The notes: a model not told the origin generated them from the letters alone. Numbered from the stretch's first letter, positions 11,058 through 25,784 are shown. The stretch: 64,000 bases of DNA from Balanoglossus misakiensis (GCA_040954595.2 CM082586.2:2671124-2735123), one strand, 5' to 3'. Translations and numbers: made by a program.

Positions 11058-14000
11058 TGGATCAATCTCGCCATTCACTCTCCAAATGGAAAAGGAACGA
11101 ATAGCCCAGGTATTTCCCTCACGTAAAAAGCAAAATTGCTGTGTGTCACGTCATCGCGAGTGAATGTTGTGTGTTGATGCATCAAAGTGTGTCGCCAAAG
11201 CAAGTCCCCTTTGAATGTTATAACATGGCATGAAGCTCATCTTACAGATCATTCAGCCGGCAAAAACACATACGTCCAATAACTACTTGCTGCCCAAAGG
11301 GTTTTTTTTGTTGACAGTGTCGATTGTGTAGGCGACCGTTCGAAAGAGCAACAGATGGTGCACTCTGCACTCGACTTGTGTTTAATCAACTGAAGCACAT
11401 TCACAAACGAGATGTTGCGTATTGTATATATGATGTTCATACATAACATGTTTTATAATCTTCGGCGTCGTCCATATGTACTCCGCGAGGGTTTCTTTGT
11501 AGCGCGTCAGCGGTTTTCTGAAATCATTATTACAGTCGCATTGTATCGCTCGCCGAGGGTCAACCGAATTTGCACAAACACTGCCTTGCCTATACGTGAC
11601 TAGACTTGCTGCCACGAGGTGTTACAGTCACATAACATGCTGTTTGTCATTTCGCAATGTTCGAAGGTATCAGCTGCTACTTCAGACTGCTCTAGTCCTC
11701 TACTTTTCAATCAGATTCATGCCTATACAAAAACCCATCATTGTTTTTGATATTTTCAACTGAAATTTTCAAGTGTACTAAAAGTCAAACCCATGTGCCA
11801 TTTCATAAAACAACATTACTTTTGAGTCAGGAGGAGGAAATAGTGTGAATTACTTTGACTCATGTTGGTGATATTCAAGAAGATGCTGTTCACATGGCAA
11901 CCGGGGCATTTCTTGTTATCTTACTTAAGCCACTGATGGGCCTATGGTTATATCCACGGCTTTGGTAAATCTATCTTTCCGAGACTACGGAGTGACATCA
12001 ACTGTGCTCTTATTTCAAAGCTTTCATCCCTTCCACCTGAAAGAGATAGTCTGATGGAGCGAATCTTATCCTATGCGTGGCAGTGTAGGCGGTATCTGCA
12101 GCTGATGAACGTCACGCGTGGCTTGCAACCGGTATTACGCAAAGCCGAACCCAAAGACAAAATGGCTGCCATGCCGCAATATGCATGACATTCTCGTTAA
12201 TCTGTTATCAACTCTCCGCTGAACACGTCAACACAAACCCCGATGTTTGTTGCTGAACTTTCGATTAAATCCTCACCAACGGACGTCGATGTTCCAAAGA
12301 TATCAAAGGCCTTCAATGTAATTCAATAAAACAGTCTTGTTTACTTTTTTCCCTAGATAACAAAATATCACATTCGATTAATTCCATAATCTTATCTTTG
12401 AGTTCATATCATTCACAAGTAATGCGGCTGCCATTCTCGCGTTATCAAGACAGATCTAGATCTGCCACCAAACCTGACTGGTCACGCGTTTTACGGCCAT
12501 GGCCAACTTGTCATTATCGACGGCTTTGGGAACAACCTGGCTTCCCTTCAAAACACGCCTCATAACTATAAATTGCTTTTGAGGTGAGTGCTACTAAAAC
12601 TTTAAACGGGGCTCCTAGTGAGTTCGTTCTTATGCATTGATCTCGAAGCCTTGTGTCTTCAACCGCGACATCAATCTCCGGAAAATCCCCCGAAGTGCAT
12701 TGCCTCTTTCAATAACCCTTCAATTGGCACAAATTGCTTTTGACACGCGAATTGAAGAAAATCACTTCAGCCAACAAGTCGACATCCGCAATTAGACCGG
12801 CCGAAGTACAATACCTATGTGTTTAGATGTCAATCAAATCTTTAATGCAAGAAAGATTTTGAGTAACAGTCTCACTGAAACATATAGACATTGAATGCAT
12901 GTAATACACTCGTGACAAGCGTCATGGCAGCAAAACCATTATGCCCGCGTTAGTTCCTTTTATCACACCATCACATGTTACAAGATAATTACTGATTTTG
13001 CATCGAATAGTGACTATCGCGAACTATTAAGGTCTGTTCATTCATTTCTGTTTTCGTTAATCGCGGGATGTATATATCAATAGCGATAAAAGTATCACAT
13101 CTGCAATGCACACGTGCCAATACCCAGTACAATACAACGTGCTTGATGATGCTTGGACATTCATTGTACGAAATGGGATTACTATTCTTACATTACCTTG
13201 TATATATCCCCGTGGTGACCGCAATTAATGGAATATAGATGTATTGGGGGAAAGCTGCCGGCGAGGTATAGCTGGAACGCTGTAGTGCACGGAATACGCC
13301 ACTTTGCACGCTGGCGGGGTTTATGTGGGCAAAAATTGCTATTCGCTGCGTTGTGTGACATCCGGGTCCCCGATTGCACCTCTGTCTTAGAACTTTAACC
13401 CATACATCAATCGCCCGCGCCAAGTTTGTGATACTCTGTCACGCTAGCGAGCTGTTACCGCGTAAACTGTTTTAAAAAGGCCGAGCGCCGATCTAGAATG
13501 TCACGTCTTTGCAAATAAAGCTGGAATCCTTCGAGATGACTTGGGTGATGGAGGCGATCTGTCTACGTGCTCTGGCTGGCATAAATCCTGCGGCAATGTA
13601 AATGTCGGGCGGCAATGTCGCGGAAAAGCCCTCAAATCAATCGCCGTCGCAAGCCTCTTGTATTTCCTGCTTTAGTCTTGCGCTACAAACAGTTTGATTA
13701 ATGTCTCTGAAGGAGTTTCCCGCTTATGGTGCAGAACAAACAAGACGCAAATTGCTCTATCGCTCACGAGCACCAGTTATATTAATCGCAGGTAATTTCT
13801 GTGTTTTTACCTTGTTACTATGCATATACATGATTCTTGTACAACCATTCCAATTACAGAAATTCTACCTATGGGCCATACTTCATACCCACAGCGAGTG
13901 CTTTGTTTGTATTGTGTGAGAATCTGCGGCAAAAATTAGAATCACGTGAAATGGTCAATATTTGAGTTCTCGTCAACAATCTTCGCACGTACGTTTTCTC

Positions 14001-17000
14001 ATGAATAAACTTCACTCGTTTATTCCTGGCTCGACATTTCACATTGGCAGAACATATCTAAAGTGTCAATTGCCACAAGTTTCTTTCTTTCTTTCTTTCT
14101 TTCTGATAAACAACGTTAGACTTTTTGATATATGGTTCCAGAAACGTCACTTTATTATAAGTATTAACAACAGGGTCGGCTGTGTATCAGATAACATCTT
14201 TACGACAGCGGTTTGTTGTTTGATTCAAACAAGGTCATAACTGTCAAAAGAAATAACCCTAACCTTATCTCATGTGCCATTTTGAGTTAACGTTCACTCT
14301 GAGATGTGATTTCCCAGAGTAAATGACGGGGTTAGCGTTTTACGGTATCATTTGCACTTATTGTAAACGAACTCGAATCGGTCGTCGGAGCGAATCATGA
14401 CACCAGATCTCGCCGTTAATCGGTCGATGGAAAGCAGTCTCAAAACGAATGATGGAAAAAAGATACGGGTAATGGATATCGAAGTCGTGGAGCGCGAAAT
14501 GGCAAAAAGAAATTCACGTAATTGATCGTGTGATCCGCTGCCCATTTGATATTTTGTGAAATGTCATTACCTCATTTTCTGAGGGTAATTTCAGATCGGT
14601 AGCCCGGAAACTTTATACGAAAGAGTCACGCAATACATTATCGATTTTTGATTGGCAAGTAGACGAAAAAGATGTCAGATTCCAGTCGCATGGGTTGGCT
14701 AATGGGTTGGATGGACGGCAGTCATAATACAATAAATTGTATTTACCCTGGCATTAAGGTTGACCATCCGGTCCCTCGGAAATTGAATTAATTGAACAGC
14801 GACATCCTTCTAACATTAGGCATCTGCGCGCAAGAAGTGCCGTGTTGAAAATCATGAGGTATCTGAGTCTTCTGAACACGACACAAATCTTTAAAAACCA
14901 ACTCAATTTGTGATGTGCAACCTGTCATATTGTTCGCAGCATTGTCATGGTAAAATTTGGGACACTTCACGCAAGCTAACCATGTCTTGCGGAAATGTGC
15001 CAACGATGCATATAATAGAATTTTCTGTGTGTGCAGTGAACTACTTCTTTGCATTTACGGCAACAGTTCGAAATGCTAAATAACATATTTAGACCACCCC
15101 AAACTTCTATATGCCTCGACAGCCTCCTATACATTGTACGATAAAACACTTAGATTCGTTTCTACAACTTCTTCACATGGCATTTACATGTTCTCGTTTG
15201 TTTTCACCTTACAAGATGGCGGGTGGGCGTATAACCAAAATGATCAAATTATAGCCTCTAGCTCTGCTGGCTATACATTTTCGCTCTATGGACCCCACTA
15301 TGCATGCATGTTTGCGTCAAATTCAACACAGTGGAACGACAGTAACTGGAGGACTGGAGTTGCACTGGATTGTTTTATTAGCTACTTAGGTCTATGCAAT
15401 GCGACACCAGTAACGGAAAAACACCCATAGGCTACCCTACTCTCGTATCCATACAGCGGATATTTAATAACCTATAGTCTAACACAGTCTGCCCACGTTA
15501 CAGGTGACTTGTTATTTGGGCACACGTGTGCGTTGGCGTTTGTCTCCAGAGATAACGTACTAGTATCTCCCGTGTAATTTTAAACTCTATCGGGAGGGTT
15601 GAAGTAGGAAGATGGTGCAGTTCACACAGTTTGCTGTATGAAGACTTTGGAGACGTGCATCAGTATAAGAAGAAGAGTTGCCCCACACTTCACTCATTGG
15701 CAGCAAATATTGTTAATAAACGATTATATACAGCGGGGAGCAGAGTATAGTACAACTGTTCAGGCAAGCCAAAGTTATTAAAAGATGGAACGAATGTTTC
15801 AGAGAAAAAATGTTACTTGCTTCAGAATCCAATTACACAGGAAATTAACTTAACTTCAGCTGGCATTTAATAGCGTGTCAACATAGGATTTGATTTCGAT
15901 GGATCAGTCTTTGGAATACAAGAGGCATTCCAAATCTTATTTCAGGATATGAACAAATTGTAAAGATGTGCCTATGTGTTAATCTGACGACATTGTTCGG
16001 TAGTAGGTGTGGACTGTTGATTCTGTAATCACGCAGAGGTCATTGTGCTGTGTTGAGAGAAAGCCCAATTCAAACATTTTAATTGAATCTCTCAAGATCG
16101 AAGGATTCCATTTTTGTCGGCAAATCGAACAAACTTAACGGGATTACAGCGCACGTCGCCGCCAAACCCTAATCATTTCGTGAGCCACGCAAACACCTAA
16201 ACAGCCTGGGGATTATGGCAAGGCAAAATTCGATGTACGCCTCATCAACAGTTGGCTATCCGAGAATTTTAAGCGGAAAGTCTAGACTACACTGAGTTAT
16301 TCCGTCAAATCTCCGACTAAGCTTTATATCCCCCCCCCCCATCGTTTTCTGTAGCTAGGAACGTGTTTGGAACGAATATGCGGCGATTTTACTTTGAATG
16401 CATTGCCGGAATTATTATTCCGCACGAAGAAATTATGGTTTATATAGTTAAGTTTTATTTATTTTGGTGTAAAGAAATTGTTACAAGGCTATCGTTCAAA
16501 CTGTTGTGGGACGTTTCTTCAATGTGACAAATTCAGAAAACACAGGACACTTTGCCGAGCAAGTCACGATATGTTCCAGCGGTAAAAGTCTCTCGTTATC
16601 CACCTGTTAACAACCATGCACGACAACCGTCATCCTTTGAGGCGATTGCATTTTGAGTGTGATCCAATTGGCATTGCGTAAATAAGAAGCGTTACAAGCG
16701 ACCGACGTGGCGGCCTTTTTTATCTCCTAGGAATGCAAGTAATATGTCCACGGGCGATGGACCACGTGTATCGGGGGATTAGAGAGATAAAAAGACACAT
16801 CTTATCCCGCAAGCAGAAGGGAAAATCTGCTTTATTATCGGCGCGAAACTACGTGACTTGTTAGCATAAATACCCGACGTGACTACCGTCTTGCGTGTTA
16901 TCTGGATCAAAACAATCGAGAAGACAGACTCTGACAGACTTATTTTCTTTTCTTTCTTCGATCGGTATGTTGCTGGGACACGCACGCATAAAAACAAAAG

Positions 17001-17313
17001 AACATCTCAATAGAACAAAGGAACAACCCACAATGCATCACGAAAAGTTTGTATCACATGACATTAGATATACAAACAAAATGGCGTATATGAGAACGTG
17101 ATTTGCGCTTCCTTAGACTTGTACTTTATTTTGGACAAATTTCCACAAAAGGTAAGCATATTTCGGAAACAGGTTTACATATGTTGCGGTTTAACATTTC
17201 TCCTACTCTGGAAACTTTTGCTTCTGTGGCTTAGTTATATTTTATTGCTACCTTTTCCATTTTTTTTACAGTGTTGCCATCTTTCATTTTGGAAAAAAAA
17301 ATTGTCGAGAATC

Positions 17314-20300
17314 ATGGTTGTGACCACAGCAACTACACATCACCATCATGATCACTACCACAGCAATGCTAGCACTGCATCCCAGTATTGTAGTTCTAGC
17401 AGGGTGACAGAGTTGGTCCGTTATTTGAAAAATAACTTTAAAGCTGAGAAAGGTAAGTCACGCCAAAACACTCACACCAAGACGTCGGACATATTTACAA
17501 ATGTACACTATCTGAACACAGGCAGTAAAACAGTTTAAAACAACAACTTCCCAATCCAGAAAAGTTCATGTATTGAGAAGCGATTGACGGATGAAATTTA
17601 CTGCATCATTTAACCTCTAAAAGCACTTTATGTTGCAGCAGCTAGGGACGAGAAATTTACTTTTACTTCATTACACACAGACCTATGCCTAATGCATATA
17701 AACAAACCAAAACTTATGTCATTACAATGTACATTAGTCCCCATTAAACACCCAGTCTCTTTAAATGTTGCGGGATCTTAGAAAACACACACCGTCAATA
17801 GGATAACTTACGATTTCATGAACAGGGTTAGAAATTGAATTGTAGCTGTTACTTAGAAGTTCATTCCACTGGGGATTTCACTCTGTCTGACAAGTTAAAA
17901 ACCTTGCTGTCTCCTTGTCTGAGATGACAAGAGTTATATCACTCAAGTGCAAGATAAATACTGATGGAATTTATGCCAGGGTAGCTAGTTCATTAGGTAG
18001 AGCTTTATTCATTGGTGACTGTCCAGTCCAATGTGACAGTCCATCATTAAGCATTAGTCAGGAAACTTTGAATAATGTCAATGTGAATTATTAGTGAGCA
18101 GTATCGATATTTGCTACTCTTGTAGGAGGGAGTTGCAAGGCAGAGAAGATACTGGCCAGAACTAGTCGGATCTTGGTACCAGAGTATGGCGACGATGTTT
18201 GGAAGAAGCACTTTGAAAGAAGGCAGAAGAACCTGGAGCATGGGTTTTTCACCCCTCAACATTATCCCTACCACTCGCTGGGAGATATCGCTCTGGACAC
18301 AGGACAGTTGGTTTTTGATGTCTTCAAAGAACATCTACCTGAGAAGGTTAGGGAATCAGATAATCCTAGAATCTGTGAGATTAAATGTAATCTCACATCC
18401 CCAAGCACTTAGTCATATAACTCTCTTGAATCCACAAGAGTTTGGGATTGATTTATCTCACACTATCAATTCCACACTCCCAGTGGCCACGTGTACGAGA
18501 TATAAAATTTTCATTGATGGTCTTTGAGGAGAATTTTCATATGAGGCAGTTAATTCCATTTTCTTGTTTATGAAGACTGCATGGGTACTGCTAATGATGT
18601 TTTGATTTCACATGCCTCCTGAATTCTAAGTTCTGCTAATAATGTCCAACATCTTGGAATAATGAATGATAAAAGTGAATTGATCATTAGAACAGGAATT
18701 TCATCATCTTGTCCGCACTCAATCAATAGTCTCCCCCTAAATTCAGTTGTTGCATTTGGGTTATTACATGTCAGTTCACCGAGAGAGCAGTTCTGTCAGT
18801 GATGTCGAAAGCAGGCAGGTCAATTTCGATCAAGCCCTAGGCACTAATTCCCAAGCGACCTTTGCGATCTGCCACTACTGTCATAAACCACTAGTGTGTC
18901 TCAGTTATTGCTTGTTGGTTTAAGACCTGTTTTGAATTGCCCACAGTGACATATATCATGGCAGGTGCATGGATTACACGGAGCAGTAGATATTGATGAC
19001 AATAAATCCTTTTGCTATGACATCATTATGGTGGCGGTAATCCTGTGTTATTGTAGATAGTCAGTTTATGATCCACTGGCGATCCCAATCCGCTTTTATG
19101 GGGTGTTTTGATCTACTTGGGGAGCCCAGTCACTTAACAATGCCCTTTTCTGCGACTAACGGATTAAAGATTGTACTTTTATATTTTCTTACCCTGGATT
19201 TGTCACGGGGCATTACCCTCTAATTATTCCTTGATGTATCAAAACATGTTTGTTTGTTATTTTCTCTCTCCTCTGCAGCACAAACTTCCCGGTATCTCAC
19301 TTGGTGTTTCCAAGAAAGTCCAAGAAAACGCAGAAAGTCCACCTCCAGATATTCAGCTACAGGTTTGTCCAATTAGAAATCTACAAACCAGTCAGTGTGT
19401 GAAAATTCATTTCTCAACCTGAAGGTCTTTTTACACATATAATATTAGTTGTACTGTATTACCATGAGGAATAGAACAAGAATTTGCATTTAAAGACAAC
19501 AGAAATGCTGATAAAATAGCCAAGTGTTACAGCCAGTGTCTCTTTAACATTCATTGCAGCCATTTCAAAGGCCCTCAGAAGGCAGCAAAACCAACGTCAA
19601 CCGTGCTGCAGTTGCTTCGGCTGGATTCCTTCACATCAAACAACAGTTACAAGATGCCGAAGAGATTTTAACAGCAGTGAAGGCAGGACAGACGTTTGAT
19701 AAATGTGTCAAAGAATTAGAGGTGAGACGAAATTGAATGAAAAATCTCTTTCAATGTATTATGCACTTCAAAATCATACATGATACAGCAGTTACAGCAA
19801 AATGATATGGAGTTTAAAAACAGAAAGTCAGAGAGAATTTTGGTGAAATCTACGCACAGAACCAGTGGGGATTATAATTAGTATTAGTGGTGTCTGCTTC
19901 AAAAGCATATGTCTTCAACATTAAAATGAACCACAACATTGTCCAGTCTGATGAAAATGGGAAATTAATGTAGCTCAACAATACAAGACATAGACTACAA
20001 TTTTCTTTGGCATGAGGGTTCTTGATTAATAAAAGCCATGATGGAATACTGTGCTATTGGTTTCCCACACACTCCCCCACTTAGCTGAAATTACTTTCTT
20101 GTTATATATTATTAATTTTTGTCTGCCTTGGTATCTCATCTTCAATATTTGCTGTTGGTTGTCAATGGGGGTCCCAAAAGTGCCATTTGCAGCATTTCTG
20201 TTCAAGCTATACCATAACAACAAAAGGCAATTATTAGAAATGGTTTGGTCACTTGGAGGTCTGTCTGCGATTTTTTTTATATATTTCAATCACGCAGGAA

Positions 20301-23300
20301 AAAAAGTTTCAGAGAATAACTAACTGCAAATTGATAATGCCATGCTACAGCAGACACAGTTGGCTAAAATATAACATGTAAAGTAATTTCCAGCAGTGTG
20401 AAAAAGCTGCATGTGACCCAGTCATTCCTTCAAATCACTGCTTTATTATATCAGGTTCCCCACTGCGTTAATTTCCCTTGTGTGTCCCCCATTGCGTGTG
20501 TTCAAAACGTCATTAGAGTGAATACCCCAGAACAGAAAATTGGAAACAGTGCGTTGTACTTTTCAAGACACTTTTAGCTGTGATTTGCTGTAGTCATAAT
20601 GATTCAAACAAGATTCACAATACCACCAGAGTTTTGAAAATCAATGTAGCTGAAGTTATAGTTGCCTTCATTAATTATTTAGACGAATATCATTTGCTAA
20701 AAGTTTGTCCCATCTGTGCATTCTATGAGAACAGTCTTTTCTTGTTTTAAACAGCAAGCTAGGAAAAGTCTTGAAGACAGCATCCACACCCACTTGTCAT
20801 CTTTGGCCATCTTACCTCCAGTATCCAGAGGGAAAATCTACTCTCGCTATGGAACTATGGGGAAAGCAACCGTGCCTGTGAAGTCAGCACTGTCAATGAG
20901 ACTGATCATGACACCGAGTCCGGCTATAATGAATGATGATGATGAGATGGATATGATGAAGTGAGTTACTAATCTTTACGGCCTGTTGCTTTTCGATGAT
21001 GACTCACACAGACAGACAGACACACAGAAAACTCACACAGACAGACACACAGAAGACTCACATAGACAGAACTCAATGTAACATTTAGCTTGTGTGAATG
21101 CAGGAGCTAAAAACGTGGGCAAAAAGTTTTATGATGACAATTTTAAGAGGTGTCAATCTGTCTTGGTTTTGATGAGATCATCAATGTCATTGCTGAAGGA
21201 TCTGATGGGAAGAGAAAATACAATAAAAACTTCCAATTCTGCAGTACTGTCATGGAGCTAATCAGAAAGGCTGATTATTCAATCATGTCTGTCATCCAGC
21301 TATCGTTCATCATCAGTTGATTTTAGAAACCAGTGATCGCATAGCTTTGATATTTGGTGTGCATGCGCCTAGTGATGATCTGAATTAGATTTGTTCCCAC
21401 TATTCCAGAGCTATAAATTTCTCTGAGAAAGTACCTGATTTACAGTCTTAATGGTCTTCTCGGTATCAACTGCTTCTCTAAGAGCTTTGACATTTAGTTC
21501 TTATCCTGGTTGTTTAGTTGACATTACATCAGATTGCTTCAGTTTAATAGGAGTCTAAGTGTATACATCTGTTACTCATCAGTCTGTTAATTGATTCAGC
21601 ATCCTGCCCAGAAGGTCTGCTGTCTGTAGTTTGACATTCTGATGGCTCCGCTGAAGCAGTTGTTGACTTTACCCATCTCCCAGCATATCTTGTTGGGTTC
21701 CATTACTGTCATTAGCAGAGTTTGGACCTCTGCATTGTGAAGTGGGGATGAAAGGGTCACTATCTGTAGAGAGTTCCACGTACAAAGCAAAATTTCTGCT
21801 TCCTTGAACACAGGATGTCATATTATCGTTCTCGCAAGATGCTGCTTCGAAAGCTGGAGGCCATTCATGCTTTGCTGTGTTGCATTCACAATGTGAAGAG
21901 CCGCGATCTCAGATCTCGAGTGCCGCTATCCCATGACACAGTCAGGGCATACACAAAGAAAGATGTTATCCTAGATCAAAATGGTAGACCAGCCATAAGG
22001 TAAATACTGATCCATTTAACAGTTTACTGGTTTTTAGAGTGCCATTATTCATGCATAGTATCTTCTCAATATGTTGCATACATGTGAGTACATATGTGTT
22101 ACCCAAAAAAATCAATAGAAATAAATGTCTTTCATTTATGGTAAACCAGTGAAAATTATTTCATGTTTTCTCTGTTAAAATTTCAATGTAACATACTGGT
22201 AAGTCTTGTAAAAGAATTATGATGTATGACTTTTGACAATTACCTATTACGCTTTCTATTCTACACAGTCGACCACACAGGCTTGCAAATGCTGCTGGTC
22301 ACACACACCACATGGAAGCCATTCATTCCATAGAGACGCTTTCTCCACACGGTCACCATGGCACTGGAGCACACCACTCAACCCACCACCACCATCACCA
22401 CCACCACCATCATCATCTCCATCCACCGTCATCCATCCATCACGGCACAGGTTCTTCAAGACACCATCACAGTGATTCCCATCACTCGGGCGGAACAGAC
22501 AACCCACTGAGCATCTTGAGGGCAACCACACCCACACATGCTTGGAGAAAGTAAGTCTACAGTGTATGCCAATTAAGGATGCAAATTCTGACATCTGGAA
22601 ATGCTCGAAAGTTGCAGACACGCGTCGCCAGTGTATGGAAATTAGCAGATTGAAGATGCAAACTTTGACATCTGAAAATCTTCTAAGGCATTAATATGAA
22701 AGGTTATATTTCTTGCTTAAATGATGTCTGGTTTGGTTTATCATCTTTTCTGTCTCGATGAGACAACTGGTTGAGTAGTACTATTAAGTATTACTTCAAT
22801 TTAGCATTTGAACCAATAATGTCTTTTCACAACTTTATTAAAATTTCTTGTTTCTCTTAGGTTCAGAACAACTTTTGGGAGTAGGCATCCTAAGGAGCGT
22901 GACCGTGAGCATCACATTGCCACCTGGGATGACCTGCTTCATGCAGGTGCAAGCGAGAAACAGGGTCACGACAAGCACACAGCATTAGGACCAGGACAAC
23001 ATCGCTTCAGTGTTCTGCCAAATCCTACCAATCAACGGCATGGTAATGTCATCATATCTTTGATTGTCTTTCAAATTTTGCATAATGTGTAACTCCACCG
23101 TGTGATCTGTTAATGCATCCATCCCATCAGAGTCTTGGAAATTGTTCTTGAATGTAACTATAATGTATCCACTCAGCCAGCTAACAACACCACATTTCAG
23201 TGTAAACAGATTGCACAAGTATATTAGTGGGTTTCATACTTCAAGTATGTGAACCTCGGTTTGTACTGCTTCTGGGAATGCTGCAAATCATGGAAGACAG

Positions 23301-25541
23301 TTGTGTTAAAATATGCCTTCTTTTATGCACAGACTCTATGTTTCATCTTATCAATACAATCATTCGGTGAAATTTCCAGTCTCAACCAGCTTTGATAATT
23401 TTTTCGTCATTTTTTCTTTTCATTACATCTTTTCATAAATGCATCTATATCATATTACCCATTCGGAAATATCATACAGAGAAATTTCAAAAGATAGTCT
23501 GCACTTATTCATTTCCAATTTATTTCCTATTAAATTTCCATGGCAACTCCCAAAGCACTGTATTTACAGTACCACATCACATTGTTGATTTCTGTATTAC
23601 GTATTGGACTAAATTGAGATGATTTTCCCATATTCTCTTCACTCCACTCAATTGCAGCGGAAAAAAATTAATAACTGAATTTCAGCTTTAATAATGTCAT
23701 CTTTTGTGTCGTTGTCGATGTGACTGTGTTTGTTATGTGTGTAGGTCTTTTCTCTCATATAGTTAGTCACTACAGGAATTACCGTCGCCATGACCACCAT
23801 CAAGAGAAACAGCCATATTGGCTTGCAGAGGGAGTTACTGTACCAGACAAAGGTAAAGGCAGATTGTGATGAAATGAAGGAAATTTGTATCTTGTTCATG
23901 AAGTCTCTTGCGTGTCTATGTCTATTGGAATACAAATTGTTTGTCCTGAATTTGAGATCCAACATGGTCTGCCATTCCTAAATGCATGCCTCGACCCATG
24001 TTAATTGACAGATCATGACAGAAAACTCCATATTGCATCAAAATATGGTTTCCTCACAAACATCATATGGTCCCAATATTAAATTGATTCACCAAGACTG
24101 TGGTTAAGCTTGACCTGCAATCTGTAATCACTTGTATGCAAACTTTTAGATTTATTTTTGTAATTTAGAATTACATTAATGCCAGTATTTTTTTAATACT
24201 GAGTTTTATATGAAAAGTTTGTACATATTTTAAAACTTTTTGTTCATGGCATATGCAATTGTTTAATCATCACTTTGAAATGATTTGTTGACCCAATTCA
24301 GATACATTTTGTTTGAACCCTGTTAGGGGTATATCCCTGTGATGTCAGAGGTCACCAGGGTCAGAGTTCAAAGGTCAAAAATTGAGCATTCAACAGTGTT
24401 ATCAATAACTATGTCGTAATATTTTAGTCAAGAAGACAACAACACAGGGTAGCTGTAGTCAGGGAGATAAACATACAGAGGAAGATGACGATGATATTGA
24501 AAGTCCAGTAGAAGGTTTGAGGACAGAATTTGATAAAGTGCAGAGTAAGATGACCAGGGATGTTTTGACAGACTTAGAGAGAATGGAAAGGTTTGTAGAA
24601 TAAAGTGCCAGTTGGTACAAATTCTTAAAGACCCAGTTATGCATCAGTAATGACATCCTGCATAAATGCTGATGACATGGCTCATTCACTAACTTTAATT
24701 GATGGCAGTGTTGTGTATTGAAGTTAAAGTGTTCTGAAAATAAAATTGTAAGATTCTTGTGTTTGAATTTCTTGGACAGGGAAAGATGTAAGACCTTCAT
24801 CCAGAAGTTCATGGCTCTGAAGCTGAGTCCGTTGTTTGAGAAAGAACTGAGAGACATGAGAAAAGCCACTGCCCAGCACACCAATGGACAGGAGATGGAG
24901 TTTGATGTCAAACCTTCCAAATGGTAATTCTCAACACTAAATGTTATTTATGCAAAGTTTATTAAGTTTATGTAAATATCTTAACCAGATGATTATACTT
25001 TTTAATTTGCATGTGTGAAGGTACATTGATCTGCAAACCGAATGTAATCATTTAGTTGGGACTTACGACAGTGATATCAATGACATCATGAAGAAATTGT
25101 ACAAGTTTTCATTTGAAGATGCCAAGTCCATACCTAGTGGGAAGGTAAGATTTCAGATTTTTCTATGATACAGTGAAACCTGTCTATTGAGACACCTCTG
25201 GGACCATAAAATCTGTCCTTAATAGAGAGGTGTCCCTAATGCACAGGTAATATTCTATTCAAACCGCTCTTTTGTCTCGAAAAATCTGTCCTTAGTAGAG
25301 GGGTGTCCTGATTAGAGAGGTGTCCGTAATGGCAGGTTTTACTGTACTAAAATAGTCTTCTTTCTTTCTTCAGGAAAGACTGTGTCTGATTGTGATGTCT
25401 GTGGCAGCTGACGAGTTGATGACAATTCACATGCAGTTAGCATTGTACTTTGTCTTAGAACACATTCTTAATGCACCACCAGAGTTTTTCACCAATTGGC
25501 TGATGCACCGCAAGTTACCCATTGTCATTGTCCACACGTGA
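17314..25541 (+). CDS. Approximately 716-aa His-rich protein with a CCDC60 (DUF4698)-like C-terminal region
   Basis: Thirteen frame-compatible GT-AG exons: 17314-17452, 18126-18346, 19279-19362, 19560-19721, 20755-20960, 21814-21999, 22269-22550, 22861-23042, 23763-23852, 24428-24590, 24780-24923, 25021-25144, 25374-25541 (2151 nt, no internal stop). The C-terminus ELMTIHMQLALYFVLEHILNAPPEFFTNWLMHRKLP resembles the CCDC60 end as I recall it (ELCSPDIAVAIEFVREHIIHMPQEDYISWLQSR). A 5'UTR donor lies at 17152 and an acceptor at 17271. The exon structure is more certain than the family call. Confidence 0.75.
21001..21113 (+). mobile_element. Probable remnant of a Helentron/HINE-like non-autonomous element end
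   Basis: A (CAGA/CA)n microsatellite is followed by a short inverted repeat, TTTAGCT (21084-21090) and AGCTAAA (21105-21111). This arrangement is typical of DINE-1/HINE-type elements, but the assignment is an inference. Confidence 0.35.
25171..25344. mobile_element. 174-bp Tc1/mariner-pogo type MITE in the last intron of the CCDC60-like gene
   Basis: TA flanks at 25169-70 and 25345-46. Left TIR CAGTGAAACCTGTCTATTGAGACACCTCT; right TIR (reverse complement) CAGTAAAACCTGCCATTACGGACACCTCT. The motif tagagaggtgtcc repeats internally. Confidence 0.85.
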
Positions 25542-25769
25542 TGCGGTTCCTATGGCAACAGATGTTGCGGATAGGGTGGAGAGAGTAGTGATTTTTATAT
25601 CGGCAGATTCAGGTCTTCTGAATTCTGTACCCAATTGAGGAGAGTTAGTAATAAATTGTGTGTATGTAGGGCTAACAGTTTCAAGAGTGTTTCAAGATCG
25701 TTTCAAGGGTGTTTCTTGATTAAGTAGTTATGCACGATGCACTCCAGCCTTTGGATGATACAATGTTAG

Positions 25770-25784
25770 CCACTTGGTGGCGCT
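25770..25784 (+). promoter_or_regulatory. CTCF-like motif CCACTTGGTGGCGCT
   Basis: One mismatch to the CCASYAGRKGGCRS core. It lies between convergent genes, with a second partial copy at 26525-26538. Confidence 0.45.

Noticed and set aside
4000-17000. Numerous 60-100 aa ORFs in the intergenic region
   Set aside because: No domains, no splice-compatible chain, and lengths expected by chance.
21600-21813. Possible extra exon of the CCDC60-like gene after gattcag
   Set aside because: All three frames contain stops; the acceptor at 21813 gives a clean phase-2 join.
22561-22682. Degenerate intronic duplication (agtgtatg...gatgcaaa..tgacatctg.aaat)
   Set aside because: Real, but an ordinary local tandem duplication with no sign of function.
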